From positions 768,001 through 832,000 of the forward strand of contig CAWBZV010000002.1 in NCBI GenBank assembly GCA_963793305.1: DNA of 64,000 nt, written 5' to 3'. A program made the position numbers and the translations under genes. Shown here one piece after another: positions 29,690 to 39,809 of the stretch. The DNA is from an uncultured Gemmatimonadales bacterium. GTDB lineage: Bacteria > Gemmatimonadota > Gemmatimonadetes > Gemmatimonadales > Gemmatimonadaceae. The stretch's first letter is position 1. Every line of letters starts with the position of its first letter. The notes under the pieces were generated by a model. The model worked only from the letters and a program-made list of their open reading frames with translations. It made no database searches and was not told where the DNA came from.

Positions 29690-30438
29690 TCAGAAGAGAC
29701 CGAGGCTGACCGCGAGGCGGAGCGTATAACCCGTATTATGCACAGGTAACGGCATCGCGTACTTCCCGATGACCGTGTAGTCCGGCATGAGGGCGCAGTT
29801 GCCTGATGTGCAGACAATCGGCCCGCCGCTCAGGTCGAGTCTCGCGCGACCGCCCGGCAGCGCGAACGACACGAGCGGACCGGCGAAGATCATCGTCGTA
29901 CGGCCTTCCGACGCGAGCGACTCGACGCCGAGACTCACGCCGGGCGCGACCTTCGCGGTCGAGCCGAGGGAGCCGAAGTATTGCGTCCGGTATGGCGCTG
30001 TCGTCTCGGGACCCGAGAACACCTGGACGGCATCGGCATTAACGGCGACTGACCACGTATCGGTCGTTCGACTGATGCTCAAGCGGCCGAGCGCCATGTC
30101 ACTGCCGTCATAGTGCCGGCGCACGCCTGCGCTCAAGGACAAATGCCATCCGGCGAACCGGAGGACATCGACCATCGTCTCGAGCTGGCCCGCTCCCTCG
30201 AATGAACCGAAGCGCTCGTAAGCCACATCGGTTGTCGCCATGACGACGACGCGGGACCGATGGGCACGTCCACCTCACCGGACTGCTCGGCACCGAGGGC
30301 ATTCCCATAGCCCGAGCTGTACTGAAGGATGGCTTGCACCTTCGTAGTGCTCGGGAACGACTCCGTGAAATTGAACGGTTGCCCTTGTGCCCCGGCCACA
30401 CTGCTAACCACCACGAGCGCGAACACGATGTGCTTCAT
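29690..30438 (-). CDS. Putative outer-membrane beta-barrel protein, -1 frameshift near 30254
   Basis: Signal peptide MKHIVFALVVVSSVAGA; adding one C in the ccc run joins ORF 29690..30241; amphipathic strands and terminal Phe. Confidence 0.6.
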
Positions 30439-30537
30439 GGTTGCCTCCGAGACCCTGGTTGAGGTAAGCGATGAGTACACCGCCACCGATCACAGAGTTC
30501 GGGCAGGCCGTTTCCGGACGTCCCGTACGATCAATCG

Positions 30538-31836
30538 CTACAGAGAGTGCAGATGCGCTGCCGCGTGAGAAGCAAGGACGTCCACGTCCACGTGCTCGAA
30601 GCATCGGGGCCTCGCGCACGTTTTGAACAGCTTGCCCACGCAGGTGATGTTGCGGCAGGGACTGACCGCTTGGTAGCAGAAGGACGGCGCGTCCTGGTTG
30701 GCGGGCAGGTATCCCGAGCGGGAGGAATCGTAACCGGACATCCGGGGCGGCGTGGCGCCGAAGAAGGACAGCACCGCCGTCCGGTTGCGGAACTGGTGAC
30801 GGTCGGAGCGCGCGTAGCGCCGTGCCGCGGCGAGATGCAACGGCCCGGTGTCGCCGCTGACGAAGACGTCGGCCAAGTCGATGAGGGCGGAGTAGGCGTC
30901 CAGCGATATGCTCTGGGGCACGATGCGGACACTCCCTTGCATCGCCGTAGGGAGGGCTGCGAGCAGGCGCTCCCCGATGCCCGCGGCCGAGTGACCGGCG
31001 CCCAGCAGAATGGTGGTCGCCGTCGGAGCTCGGGCGATGATCTCCCGCAGCAGTTCGACTTGCGCGTCAAAGGGCATCATCGTGAAGCGGGACGCCGTGT
31101 CGGGATTGTACATCACGACGGGCGCGGTGGGCGAGAGGCCCACCGATGTCGCGAAGCGCGCCGCCCCCTCGATGGCGGCATCCGAGTAATGCGTGCGGAG
31201 ACCCGGGAATCGCCAGTCGCGGACCGGCCGTGCCACGGTCTCGAGCACGTCGCGGACGAAACGATATGCCTCATAGCTGAAGTGATTGATCGTGCTCGCA
31301 TCGTTGTCGTTGCGCAGAATCGTGGCGCCGTGCGCCGCGAAGTCCACGAACGGCTGGCGCGGGCCCGCGACGTCCTCCCGAGCGACGAAGGCGCTGCAGT
31401 TCACGCACAGGTCGTACCGCCCCGCCTGGACGATGTCGCGGAGCGCCGCGAAATCCGCCGCGGTGGGGAGCTCCGCGCTTTCGAAGATCGGCAGCACGCG
31501 CGCCGCGTCCGGCAGTCCTTCGACGAGGGGACCCACCGCCGCGTTGACGGCGAAATCGATTTCGGCATCGGGAAAGAAGTCCCGCAGGGCGGTCAACGCC
31601 GGCTGGGCGATCAACGCGTCGCCGATATGGACGTCCGCGATCACCAGGAAGCGTCGGAACCCCCGCATGCGTCGGGCGATGCTCCGGCTGCGCCACGCGC
31701 CGAGGGCGACCACCGGGCGACTGCCCGCCACCGAGCGGACGGTGGTGTCGAGCAGACGCGCGCCGAGGTGCGGGAACGCGTCAGTGAGCCAACTCGAGGC
31801 GCCGAAGAAGACCTCTTGCGTCCGGGTGTTCATCAC
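30538..31836 (-). CDS. Glycosyltransferase family 9 (heptosyltransferase-like)
   Basis: HIGDALIAQPALTALRDFFPDAEI; ADVFVSGDTGPLHLAAA; FFGATPP. Confidence 0.85.
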   Translation of the reverse strand: MMNTRTQEVFFGASSWLTDAFPHLGARLLDTTVRSVAGSRPVVALGAWRSRSIARRMRGFRRFLVIADVHIGDALIAQPALTALRDFFPDAEIDFAVNAAVGPLVEGLPDAARVLPIFESAELPTAADFAALRDIVQAGRYDLCVNCSAFVAREDVAGPRQPFVDFAAHGATILRNDNDASTINHFSYEAYRFVRDVLETVARPVRDWRFPGLRTHYSDAAIEGAARFATSVGLSPTAPVVMYNPDTASRFTMMPFDAQVELLREIIARAPTATTILLGAGHSAAGIGERLLAALPTAMQGSVRIVPQSISLDAYSALIDLADVFVSGDTGPLHLAAARRYARSDRHQFRNRTAVLSFFGATPPRMSGYDSSRSGYLPANQDAPSFCYQAVSPCRNITCVGKLFKTCARPRCFEHVDVDVLASHAAAHLHSL

Positions 31837-31866
31837 CGGCTCCCATCCACCCCGGCGGCAGGGCGC

Positions 31867-31917
31867 CTAGCGATCGTCGCGGTCCTCGTCGAGATCGCGA
31901 ATGCCGGTCGAGATCAT
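31867..31917 (-). pseudogene. 16-codon remnant of the same Phd antitoxin (MISTGIRDLDEDRDDR*)
   Basis: Shares ATGATCTCGACCGGCATTCGCGA start and CGAGGACCGCG.CGATCGCTAGGCG end with 24226..24411. Confidence 0.7.
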
Positions 31918-31925
31918 GCAGAACT

Positions 31926-32225
31926 TTAGATCCTTGCGGGGCTCGCCGTCGAGGCCCAGCGCTCACTTCCACGTGCGAAATCGCCACAACCACAGGTGCA
32001 GACGAACAGCAGCACGAGGCGCGCGACGTGGCGCACCGTCCAGTATCTCCGGTTGTTGGACATGCCATGCTCGACCAACGTCAGGGGCCACGCCGCCACG
32101 AACGCCGCGATGGCCGCAAAGATGAACTCCTTGAGCCCCAGGTACACGCCCGCGTAGACCGCGATCGTCGCCAGCAAACCGCCAATCGCGAGAAACGGAT
32201 TGTTGCGCACCCCGCGACCAACCAC
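31926..32225 (-). CDS. Small hypothetical membrane protein
   Basis: Three hydrophobic segments; ends uncertain. Confidence 0.45.
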   Translation of the reverse strand: MVGRGVRNNPFLAIGGLLATIAVYAGVYLGLKEFIFAAIAAFVAAWPLTLVEHGMSNNRRYWTVRHVARLVLLFVCTCGCGDFARGSERWASTASPARI

Positions 32226-32394
32226 TCAGTTGATCTGCGGGATAACGGGGGCCACGGGCTTCCAAGTATCCGCGTTGGGCTGAGGGCTCCAGTCGGCCTC
32301 CTGGCGCGCCCGCTCGGCATCATTCCAGGCGCGGACGCCCCGGCCCGCCTGCCAGGCATTCATGTCGCCGCCCCTCGCGCAAAACCGTCATGAC

Positions 32395-32434
32395 TTGACG
32401 CGACAAAGATGATTGTATACAAATATGCATACAA
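32395..32434 (+). promoter_or_regulatory. Promoter with palindromic operator (GntR-type TTGTATACAA)
   Basis: TTGACG at 32395; AT-rich ttgtatacaaatatgcatacaa immediately before ATG 32436. Confidence 0.55.
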
Positions 32435-32435
32435 A

Positions 32436-33227
32436 ATGACCACCCGACTCGGCACCTTCATCCTCGGCCTGGGCTCCGTCGCGGCCGGCGTCCTGGATCT
32501 CATCTGGGGCGAATTCGAGCCCTCACATGAGCCGATCCAGGCATGGGGCGATCACATTCCCGGCCAGACCATCCTGGCGTACCTCACGGCCGCCTGCCTG
32601 ATCGTCGGAGGTACGGCGCTTCTCTGGCGCCGGACAGAGCGGGCAGGCGCGGTGGTGCTCGCCATTGTCTACGGCGCGTTCACGGCGTTCTGGCTACCAC
32701 GACTGATCACCGCGCCCTCCATACTCGGCTATCACCCGAACGTGTACATTGGCGTGCTCGCCGGGCTGTGTTCGCAGCTTATCGTAGCCGCGGCGCTCGT
32801 GGGAATGCCGCGCGTCAATCGCTGGATCTTCGGCCTCGGCGCGATCGCCTTCGGCTTGGCGCACGTGACGAATATTCAAGACAACGCCTCGCTGGTCCCC
32901 ACGTGGATGCCTTTGGGCGGCGACTTCTGGGTGCTGCTCACCGGCATCGCCTTCGTGCTCGCGGGCATCGCCATACTCACGCGCGTCAAAGACGTGCTCG
33001 CGAGCCAGCTCCTGGCGATCATGTTCCTGGTCTTCAGCGTGATCGCCCTGGCGCCGCTGCCCATCGCGCACCCACATGACCACGTCGCATGGGGCGCCAA
33101 TGCGTACAACCTTGCCGCCGTTGGCGCGACGTGGATCTTCAGTCGCCAGCTAACGCTCGCGCCTCGGCGTACTGAGGCAGCTCGATCCGAATCCGCGCGC
33201 CGCCGTCTGGCAGGTTCGCGGCCGTAA
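32436..33227 (+). CDS. DoxX-like multi-TM membrane protein
   Basis: Duplicated '...P.w.P....w..lTG..l..aG.aiL' halves. Confidence 0.75.
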   Translation: MTTRLGTFILGLGSVAAGVLDLIWGEFEPSHEPIQAWGDHIPGQTILAYLTAACLIVGGTALLWRRTERAGAVVLAIVYGAFTAFWLPRLITAPSILGYHPNVYIGVLAGLCSQLIVAAALVGMPRVNRWIFGLGAIAFGLAHVTNIQDNASLVPTWMPLGGDFWVLLTGIAFVLAGIAILTRVKDVLASQLLAIMFLVFSVIALAPLPIAHPHDHVAWGANAYNLAAVGATWIFSRQLTLAPRRTEAARSESARRRLAGSRP

Positions 33228-34563
33228 CCGCGCCGCCCAGAGTGGAGACCGTCTGTCGGACGATCCAGAGCCCGAGGCCCGTGCCCTTGCCGGCGGGCTT
33301 CGTGGTGACGAAGCGATCAAAGGCGCGCGTGGAGAGGTCACCCGGGAACCCTGGGCCCGTGTCCTCGACATCGATGACCAGGCCAGCGCGAACGCGGATC
33401 CGAATGAGCCTCGGACCAGTCTGGCTCTCCATCGCGTGGATCGCGTTGACCAGCAGGTTCACCAAGGCGCGCTCGAGACGAACCGCCGAGCCAGGGAGTG
33501 TCTCGGCGTTGGCGACGTTGTCGACCGTGATCTCGACGGGGATGCGGTGCGCATTCAAGAGCGGACGCACCGCGGCGACGGCTTCGTCGATCCGCTCGCC
33601 GATCGAGAGGGGGCGGGCGTCGTCGTCCTTGCTCGCCGTGCGGGCGAACGTCAACAAATCGGACAGAAACGATTGCGCGCGACGGGCCTCGTCGCGGATG
33701 AGACGCAGATCCTCGTGCGGTCCATCGCCGAGCGGCATCTGCAACATCATCTCGGACTGGAGGCCGATCGACGTCAGCGGGTTGCGCACGTCGTGCACGG
33801 TCGCGGCGGCCAGCGTCCCGATCGCCGCGAGCGTCTCGGCCTCCCGCAACCGCTCGACCATCGCCCGCTCCTCGGCGTCGCGACGCACCTGCGCGGCAAG
33901 GGCGCGGTGCAGCGTCCGCTCACTCCACGCCGTCGCGTAGGTCGCGATCGCGCCGACCGTGCCCAAGAGCGCGACCTTGGCGCCCTCGTCGAGCCACGAG
34001 GCCTGATCGGTGCGAGTCAGCGCGAGCGGACCGGCGACGAGTTGCACACGCCCCGAGAGAATGACCGTGAGCGCGACCGTGGCGGAGGCAATGACCGCGG
34101 CGATCGTAACGGCGCCGGCGTGACGCGCGGAGCCGCTGAACGGGCTCGCGGCGAGAACGGCGAAGTACGCGAGAAATATCGGTGCGTGCAGCGCGAGACC
34201 CGGGGCGCCGGCGAGGCCGTAGCCGATCTCGAGTGCGGTGATCGCTCCGAGGTCCGTCGCCGCGTTGACCGTCGCCAGCCAGGCGGGTGCGCGATGCCGG
34301 CGGTGATAGCGCCAGTGTTGAAAGACCGTCCACGCGAGCATTGGAACGAACACGCTCGCGTTGACACGGACCAGGGATGGCGTCAGCGCCGGGGCATAAA
34401 GGAGCGCGGTGACCCCGAGGACGAGCAGGACCAGGACTCGGGCGCGATTGAGGCGATCCTCAGCCCGCGCGTGCTCGGCCGCGAGCAGCGCCTCGACCGT
34501 GTCGGCCGTCGCGCTCTCGTCTCGTTTCCATTTCCACTCGACTGATCGAGGCTCCCCGCGCAC
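33139..34563 (-). CDS. Membrane sensor histidine kinase
   Basis: TM region, H-box VHDVRNPLTSI, N-box NLLVNAIHAM, DTGPG, TTKPAGKGTGLGL. Confidence 0.92.
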   Translation of the reverse strand: MRGEPRSVEWKWKRDESATADTVEALLAAEHARAEDRLNRARVLVLLVLGVTALLYAPALTPSLVRVNASVFVPMLAWTVFQHWRYHRRHRAPAWLATVNAATDLGAITALEIGYGLAGAPGLALHAPIFLAYFAVLAASPFSGSARHAGAVTIAAVIASATVALTVILSGRVQLVAGPLALTRTDQASWLDEGAKVALLGTVGAIATYATAWSERTLHRALAAQVRRDAEERAMVERLREAETLAAIGTLAAATVHDVRNPLTSIGLQSEMMLQMPLGDGPHEDLRLIRDEARRAQSFLSDLLTFARTASKDDDARPLSIGERIDEAVAAVRPLLNAHRIPVEITVDNVANAETLPGSAVRLERALVNLLVNAIHAMESQTGPRLIRIRVRAGLVIDVEDTGPGFPGDLSTRAFDRFVTTKPAGKGTGLGLWIVRQTVSTLGGAVTAANLPDGGARIRIELPQYAEARALAGD

Positions 34564-34587
34564 GTTGGTCGACGCGCCACGGAGCGT

Positions 34588-37500
34588 TCAGTCACCCGTC
34601 ACGGGAACGGCCGCAGGGGACTCTGTCCAAGGCAAACGAGCGAACAGCCGGCCGAGCCAGCCTTGGAAGTCGTCGAGGTACGTGTAGAACACGGGCGTGA
34701 CGTACAGCGTGACGACCTGAGAGAACGCGAGGCCGCCGACCACGACGATCCCGAGCGGGCGGCGCGAGGCGGCGCTCGAACCGACACCGATCGCGATCGG
34801 CAGCGTGCTGGCCAGCGCCGCGAAGGTCGTCATCATGATCGGACGGAATCGAACCGAGCAGGCTTTCAAGATCGATTGCTCCGGCGTCAGGTGCTCGTTG
34901 CGCTCGGCCTCGACCGCGAAGTCGATCATCATGATCGCGTTCTTCTTGACGAGTCCGATCAGCATGATGAGCCCCACGTAGCCGTACACATCGAGCTCGA
35001 CGCCGGTGATCCACAGCGCGAACAGCGCGCCGCACGTCGCGAAGGGCAGTGCCGTGAGGATCGTGATCGGGTGGATGAAGCTCTCGTACAGAATGCCCAG
35101 AATGATGTAGATCACGAACACCGTGATCAGCAGGAGCACGGGAAGGTTTTGCACAGAGGCCTGAAACGCCTGAGCCTGACCCGAGAATCCCGTCGTGATG
35201 TCGGGCGGCACGGTCCCGTGCGCGACACGGTCGACGGCCGCCGTCGCCGCCCCGAGATCACCGTTCGGCGGGATGTTGAATGAAATCGTCACCGACGGCA
35301 ACTGCCCCGAGTGATTGATCGCCGCCGGTCCAAATGTCGGCTCGAGCTCCGCCACATCCGCCAGTGGGACGACCTCGCCGTGCGACCCGTTGATGTACAG
35401 CTTGTTCAAGTCGAGCGGAGACGATTGGTCTTGCGGCAGCACCTCGAGCACGACCCAATACTCGTTCACCGCCGTGTAAATCGTCGACACTTGCTCGGCG
35501 TTGTACGCCTCGGCGAGCGCATTCTCGATCGCCGCTGGCGTGAGACCAAACGGCGCGGCCTTGGCGCGGTCGATGTGAACCGTGACCTCGGGATTGCGAT
35601 TGAGCAGATCGCTCGTGACGTCCGTCAGCAGCGGGACCTTCTGAAGCGTGTCCAACAGCCGGAGCGAGTTGCTGTAGAGCAATGCAATGTCGGGACCCTG
35701 CAGCGTGTACTGATACAGCGCCTTTGAGTTGCGCCCGCCGATACGAATCGAGGGCGGGTTCTGGAGAAAGAGCTCCATGCCCGGAATGCCGGACGCGCGA
35801 CGCGTGATCTCGTCGACACACACGTCCGCCGACGGACGCTCGGTCGGCGGCTTGAGCGTGAGCCAGAGGTTCCCCTGGTTCGTCGCGCCCGCGGTCCCGC
35901 CGCCACCCAACGCCGACGTGAACGACGCGATGCACGTGTCCTTCGTGAGGATGGTCGCCAGACGACGTTGCAGGCGCGACATCTCGTCGAACGACGTGCC
36001 CTGCGCGGCCTCGGTCGTCGCGTCCAACTCTCCGCTGTCCTCGGGTGGGAAGAGACCCTTGGACACGCGGTGGTACAGCACCGCGGTCACGCCCAGCACC
36101 GCCAACGAGAATACGATCGTCAACGGCCGGTGGCGCATCACCACGCCCAGACTGCGCTCATAGGCGCCAAGCGCGGCATTGAAGACCCGCTCGCTGGCGA
36201 GGAACAGCCGTCCGTGCGTGACCTCGGGTTGCGGTCTGAGAAACCGGCTGCAGAGCATCGGGGTGAGCGTCAGCGATACGAACCCCGACACGAGAATCGC
36301 GAACGTGATCGTGAGCGCGAACTCGCTGAACAGTCGCCCAATGACCCCACCCATGAACACGATGGGAATAAAGACCGCCGCCAGCGACAACGTCATCGAC
36401 AGAATCGTGAACCCGACCTCGGCGGAGCCGTGGAACGCCGCCTGCATCGGCTGCTCGCCGGCTTCGATATGCCGCACAATGTTTTCCAACATGACGATCG
36501 CGTCGTCGACGACGAACCCGACCGCCAGCGTCAGCGCCATCAACGACAGGTTGTCGAGGCTGAAGTTCAGCAAATACATCACCGAGAACGTGCCGACGAT
36601 GGCCATCGGGAGCGCAAGACTCGGGATGACCGTGGCGACGAGACTTCGCAAGAACAGGAAGATCACGAGCACGACGAGCATCAGCGCCAGCAAGAGCGAG
36701 AACTTCACGTCGTGCACCGCGCCCTGGATCGACACCGAACGGTCGTAGTCCAGATTCACCTTGACCGATCGCGGGAGTCCCACCTCGATCTCGGCCATCT
36801 TGGCTTTGACGGCGTTGATCACGTCGACGGTGTTCGTGCCGGGCTGCCGCCGGATGGAGAGGAAAATCGTCCGCTCCATATCGTGGCCATTGTAGAACCA
36901 GGCGGCCGCCTTGTTGTTCTGCACATCGTCGAGGACCGTCGCCACGTCCATGAGTCGAACCGGTGCGCCATCCTTGTAGGTCACGATGAGCCGCCGGAAC
37001 TGGGCGGCGTTGTAGAGCTGTCCGGTGGCGTAGAGGGTGGTGGTTTGGCTCGGGCCGTACAGGACGCCCGTCGGGATGAAGACGTTTTCGTTCGAGATCG
37101 CCTTGGCGACGGTGTTGGGGCTGATGTTGCGCGCGGCGAGCTTGGCGGGGTCGAGTTGGACGCGTACCGCGTATTTCTGCGATCCATACACGATGACCTG
37201 GGACACGCCACTGACCATCGAGATGGTCTGCGCGATCGTCGTCTCGCCGTACTCGTCGAGCGTTTGGAGCGGCAGCACCGCCAATGTCAGCGAGTAGAAC
37301 AAGATCGACTGTCCGGCCGGATTCTGCTTGTAGTACGCCGGCGGGATGATGTTCGGCGGCAGGTTCGGCAGCGCGGCCGAAATGGCCGAGTTTACGTCCT
37401 GGGCGGCAGCGTTGATGTTGCGGTCGAGCGAGAACTGGACCGTGATGCCCGTCGTGCCCAGCGCGCTCGTCGACGTGATGTTGTCAATGCCGGCGATCCC

Positions 37501-37749
37501 CGAGAATTGCTTTTCCAGGGGCGTGGCAACGGTGGCCGCCATGGTCTCGGGGCTGGCACCCGGCAGAGATGCGCGGACGAAAATCGTCGGGAAGTCGACC
37601 GGCGGCAGGTCGCTCACGGGCAACTGCCGGTAGGCGATCACCCCAAAGATCACGATGCCGATCATGATCAGGGTGGTCATGACCGGGCGCTTGATGAACA
37701 GCGCGGTCATTCCCGCCGCGCGGGATGTATGCGCTACTTCGTCGGTCAC
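34588..37749 (-). CDS. RND efflux permease (AcrB/MdtB/MdtC family)
   Basis: FIKRPV, VDDAIVMLENI, VKKNAIMMIDFA, RFRPIMMTT. Confidence 0.95.
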   Translation of the reverse strand: MTDEVAHTSRAAGMTALFIKRPVMTTLIMIGIVIFGVIAYRQLPVSDLPPVDFPTIFVRASLPGASPETMAATVATPLEKQFSGIAGIDNITSTSALGTTGITVQFSLDRNINAAAQDVNSAISAALPNLPPNIIPPAYYKQNPAGQSILFYSLTLAVLPLQTLDEYGETTIAQTISMVSGVSQVIVYGSQKYAVRVQLDPAKLAARNISPNTVAKAISNENVFIPTGVLYGPSQTTTLYATGQLYNAAQFRRLIVTYKDGAPVRLMDVATVLDDVQNNKAAAWFYNGHDMERTIFLSIRRQPGTNTVDVINAVKAKMAEIEVGLPRSVKVNLDYDRSVSIQGAVHDVKFSLLLALMLVVLVIFLFLRSLVATVIPSLALPMAIVGTFSVMYLLNFSLDNLSLMALTLAVGFVVDDAIVMLENIVRHIEAGEQPMQAAFHGSAEVGFTILSMTLSLAAVFIPIVFMGGVIGRLFSEFALTITFAILVSGFVSLTLTPMLCSRFLRPQPEVTHGRLFLASERVFNAALGAYERSLGVVMRHRPLTIVFSLAVLGVTAVLYHRVSKGLFPPEDSGELDATTEAAQGTSFDEMSRLQRRLATILTKDTCIASFTSALGGGGTAGATNQGNLWLTLKPPTERPSADVCVDEITRRASGIPGMELFLQNPPSIRIGGRNSKALYQYTLQGPDIALLYSNSLRLLDTLQKVPLLTDVTSDLLNRNPEVTVHIDRAKAAPFGLTPAAIENALAEAYNAEQVSTIYTAVNEYWVVLEVLPQDQSSPLDLNKLYINGSHGEVVPLADVAELEPTFGPAAINHSGQLPSVTISFNIPPNGDLGAATAAVDRVAHGTVPPDITTGFSGQAQAFQASVQNLPVLLLITVFVIYIILGILYESFIHPITILTALPFATCGALFALWITGVELDVYGYVGLIMLIGLVKKNAIMMIDFAVEAERNEHLTPEQSILKACSVRFRPIMMTTFAALASTLPIAIGVGSSAASRRPLGIVVVGGLAFSQVVTLYVTPVFYTYLDDFQGWLGRLFARLPWTESPAAVPVTGD

Positions 37750-37782
37750 AATGAGAGCTTACGCGCCAGATCGTGGTTTCGT

Positions 37783-38097
37783 TTACGACGTGATCCGTTG
37801 ACGCCGCCTGAACGCAACGAAGGCGACGCAGGCTGTCCAGGTCGGCGCGGCGTCGAGGCCAGGGACCAGCTCGATCGCGAATGTCGGCAGCAGCGCCCAG
37901 TGGAATCCGAGTAATCGGTTGATCAGCAGGGCTGCTACTACATCTATCGCAGTGTCGAGTGCCTCCAGCGGTATCTCGCCGCCGATGGTGGCGAGGCCGA
38001 CGGAGAAGAACGAGAGATTGACGGGAAGTTGAAGAATGTCGGCCAGAATGCCGACGGCGAACGCGAGTTTGACCTGCCGGGGTGTCACGGTCCGCAT
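37783..38097 (-). CDS. Small hypothetical membrane protein
   Basis: AFAVGILADILQ...GFHWALLPTFAIELVPGLD..PTWT. Confidence 0.7.
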   Translation of the reverse strand: MRTVTPRQVKLAFAVGILADILQLPVNLSFFSVGLATIGGEIPLEALDTAIDVVAALLINRLLGFHWALLPTFAIELVPGLDAAPTWTACVAFVAFRRRQRITS

Positions 38098-38105
38098 GCC
38101 GTAAT

Positions 38106-38666
38106 TTACCGCGCGCGGTCGATAAACGAGCGTGTCGCCTCGAGGACGGCGTCTGATTTCTCGGGCGCCACCATGCGGGCGAGCAGCACGCCGCCGAGCA
38201 TGGTCGCGACAATGGCCGTCGCATTCTCCTCGGTGGCTTCGCCTTCCGGCAAGAGCCGCCGTACCCACTCGATCCGCTGGGCGACGCGCGTGGCAACGCC
38301 GTCTCGTATGCGATCGCTGCCCCGAACGAGCTCAGAGCCGAGGGCGGCGAGCGGGCACCCGAATTCGGGATGGGCGGCGTGTGCCGCACTCAAGTACCTG
38401 TCGAGCACCGCGTCCATGCGCTGATCGTTTGGAACTCGAGTATCGGACAGGCGCTCGATCGTTTGACGGCTCGCGCGGCCGAGCGCGGCGTCCACCAGCT
38501 CGTCTTTCGACTCGAAGTGAGCGTAGAACCCGCCGTGAGTGAGCCCGGCCTCGGCCATGATCTCAGCGATGCTCACTCCGTCGAGCCCCTTCGCGCGGAG
38601 CGCGGTGGCGGCCGACTCGACGATACGGTCACGGGTCTGACGCTTGTGCTCTTCCGGCCAAGCCAC
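38106..38666 (-). CDS. TetR/AcrR family regulator
   Basis: GLDGVSIAEIMAEAGLTHGGFYAHFESKDEL; GCPLAALGSE. Confidence 0.93.
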   Translation of the reverse strand: MAWPEEHKRQTRDRIVESAATALRAKGLDGVSIAEIMAEAGLTHGGFYAHFESKDELVDAALGRASRQTIERLSDTRVPNDQRMDAVLDRYLSAAHAAHPEFGCPLAALGSELVRGSDRIRDGVATRVAQRIEWVRRLLPEGEATEENATAIVATMLGGVLLARMVAPEKSDAVLEATRSFIDRAR

Positions 38667-38684
38667 GGGAACTCCTTTTGTGAA

Positions 38685-38702
38685 ATATGATACCTATCAT
38701 AT
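38685..38702. promoter_or_regulatory. Palindromic TetR-type operator in divergent promoter
   Basis: ATATGATA-cc-TATCATAT perfect 8-bp inverted repeat between the TetR gene and the divergent gene. Confidence 0.75.
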
Positions 38703-38723
38703 ATTAACTGCCACGGAGGTTTT

Positions 38724-39413
38724 ATGCTCGATGCGATTGACACCATTCTCATTTTCGCCTCGGCCGCCGTCATCCTGGTCGCCATGACGAGACGCCTGCT
38801 CGTTGCGGGCATCGCGGGTGCCTGGTTCGGCCTCGCCATCGTTGCCTCGGCCTCGGGCGCGTTCGATGGCCAGAGGACAGGTCCGCTCGCGCTCTTGTTC
38901 TTCTTCGGTCTCCCCCTGATCCTCGCGGCGCTCGTATGGCAGCGGCCCGCGATTCGAGCGGCGTGGCTCGCGATTCCAATGCCGTTGCTCATTGGGCTCA
39001 ACGTGATTCGCTCGATCGGCTTCATGTTTCTCTTGCTCGCGGCCGACGGGCGGCTCTCTGGCCCGTTCCCGTATAGCGCGGGTGTGGGCGACATCATCAC
39101 TGGTGTCTTCGCGCTCCCCGTCGCGTTCGCCGTCGCACGCGGGACGGCGTCGAGAGCTCGCGTCACGGCGTGGAATGCGTTCGGAATGCTCGACCTCGTT
39201 GCCGCCGTCTCACTCGGCGTCGTGACGCGGCCCGGTTCTGCCGTGCAATTGCTCCACGTCGGTGTCGGCAGTACCGGCATAACGCAACTGCCCTGGTCAC
39301 TCATCCCGACCGCGCTCGTGCCGTTCTTCATCGTGACGCACGCGATCATCTTCGCCCAGCTCCGCGCGCTGGCTCCGCGGCGCGTGCCCACCGCCGCGGC
39401 AGTGCGCGCCTAG
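38724..39413 (+). CDS. Hypothetical multi-TM membrane protein
   Basis: GGAGG RBS; AGVGDIITG, WNAFGMLDL, PWSLIPTALVP. Confidence 0.8.
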   Translation: MLDAIDTILIFASAAVILVAMTRRLLVAGIAGAWFGLAIVASASGAFDGQRTGPLALLFFFGLPLILAALVWQRPAIRAAWLAIPMPLLIGLNVIRSIGFMFLLLAADGRLSGPFPYSAGVGDIITGVFALPVAFAVARGTASRARVTAWNAFGMLDLVAAVSLGVVTRPGSAVQLLHVGVGSTGITQLPWSLIPTALVPFFIVTHAIIFAQLRALAPRRVPTAAAVRA

Positions 39414-39467
39414 CACTCCGGCCTTGCGGGCGGCGAGCCCGGTGGTTTTCTTTGGCCTAAACGGTTT

Positions 39468-39809
39468 ATGCCAAAGCCAAAGAACCGACCACCGGAGCTC
39501 GTGCAGGGCACGCTCGACATGCTCGTGCTCAAAGCGCTCACGCGCGAGAGCCTGCACGGCTACGCGGTCGCCGAATGGATTCGCGCGACGTCGCGCGACG
39601 TGCTCCGCGTGCAGGAGGGAGCGCTCTATCCCGCGCTGCATCGGCTCGAGCTCGCGGGGATGCTCACGTCAGAGTGGGCGGTGAGCGACAAAGGACGTCG
39701 CGCCAAGTACTACTCGCTCACCGCCGCGGGGCGGAAGCATCTCGCTGCCGAAGCGCAGTCGTGGCACCAGCTGTCCGGGGCCATCGCGCTCGTGATGCGG
39801 ACGGCGTAA
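39468..39809 (+). CDS. PadR family regulator (acidobacterial type)
   Basis: QGTLDMLVLKAL, HGYAVA, EGALYPALHRLE, RRAKYYSLT. Confidence 0.93.
   Translation: MPKPKNRPPELVQGTLDMLVLKALTRESLHGYAVAEWIRATSRDVLRVQEGALYPALHRLELAGMLTSEWAVSDKGRRAKYYSLTAAGRKHLAAEAQSWHQLSGAIALVMRTA

Noticed and set aside
29530..29690. Possible riboswitch before the 1042-aa gene
   Set aside because: Only a GC hairpin and an imperfect inverted repeat near TTGACA; no aptamer consensus recognised.
35968..37914. 648-aa plus-strand ORF
   Set aside because: Antisense shadow of the RND permease.
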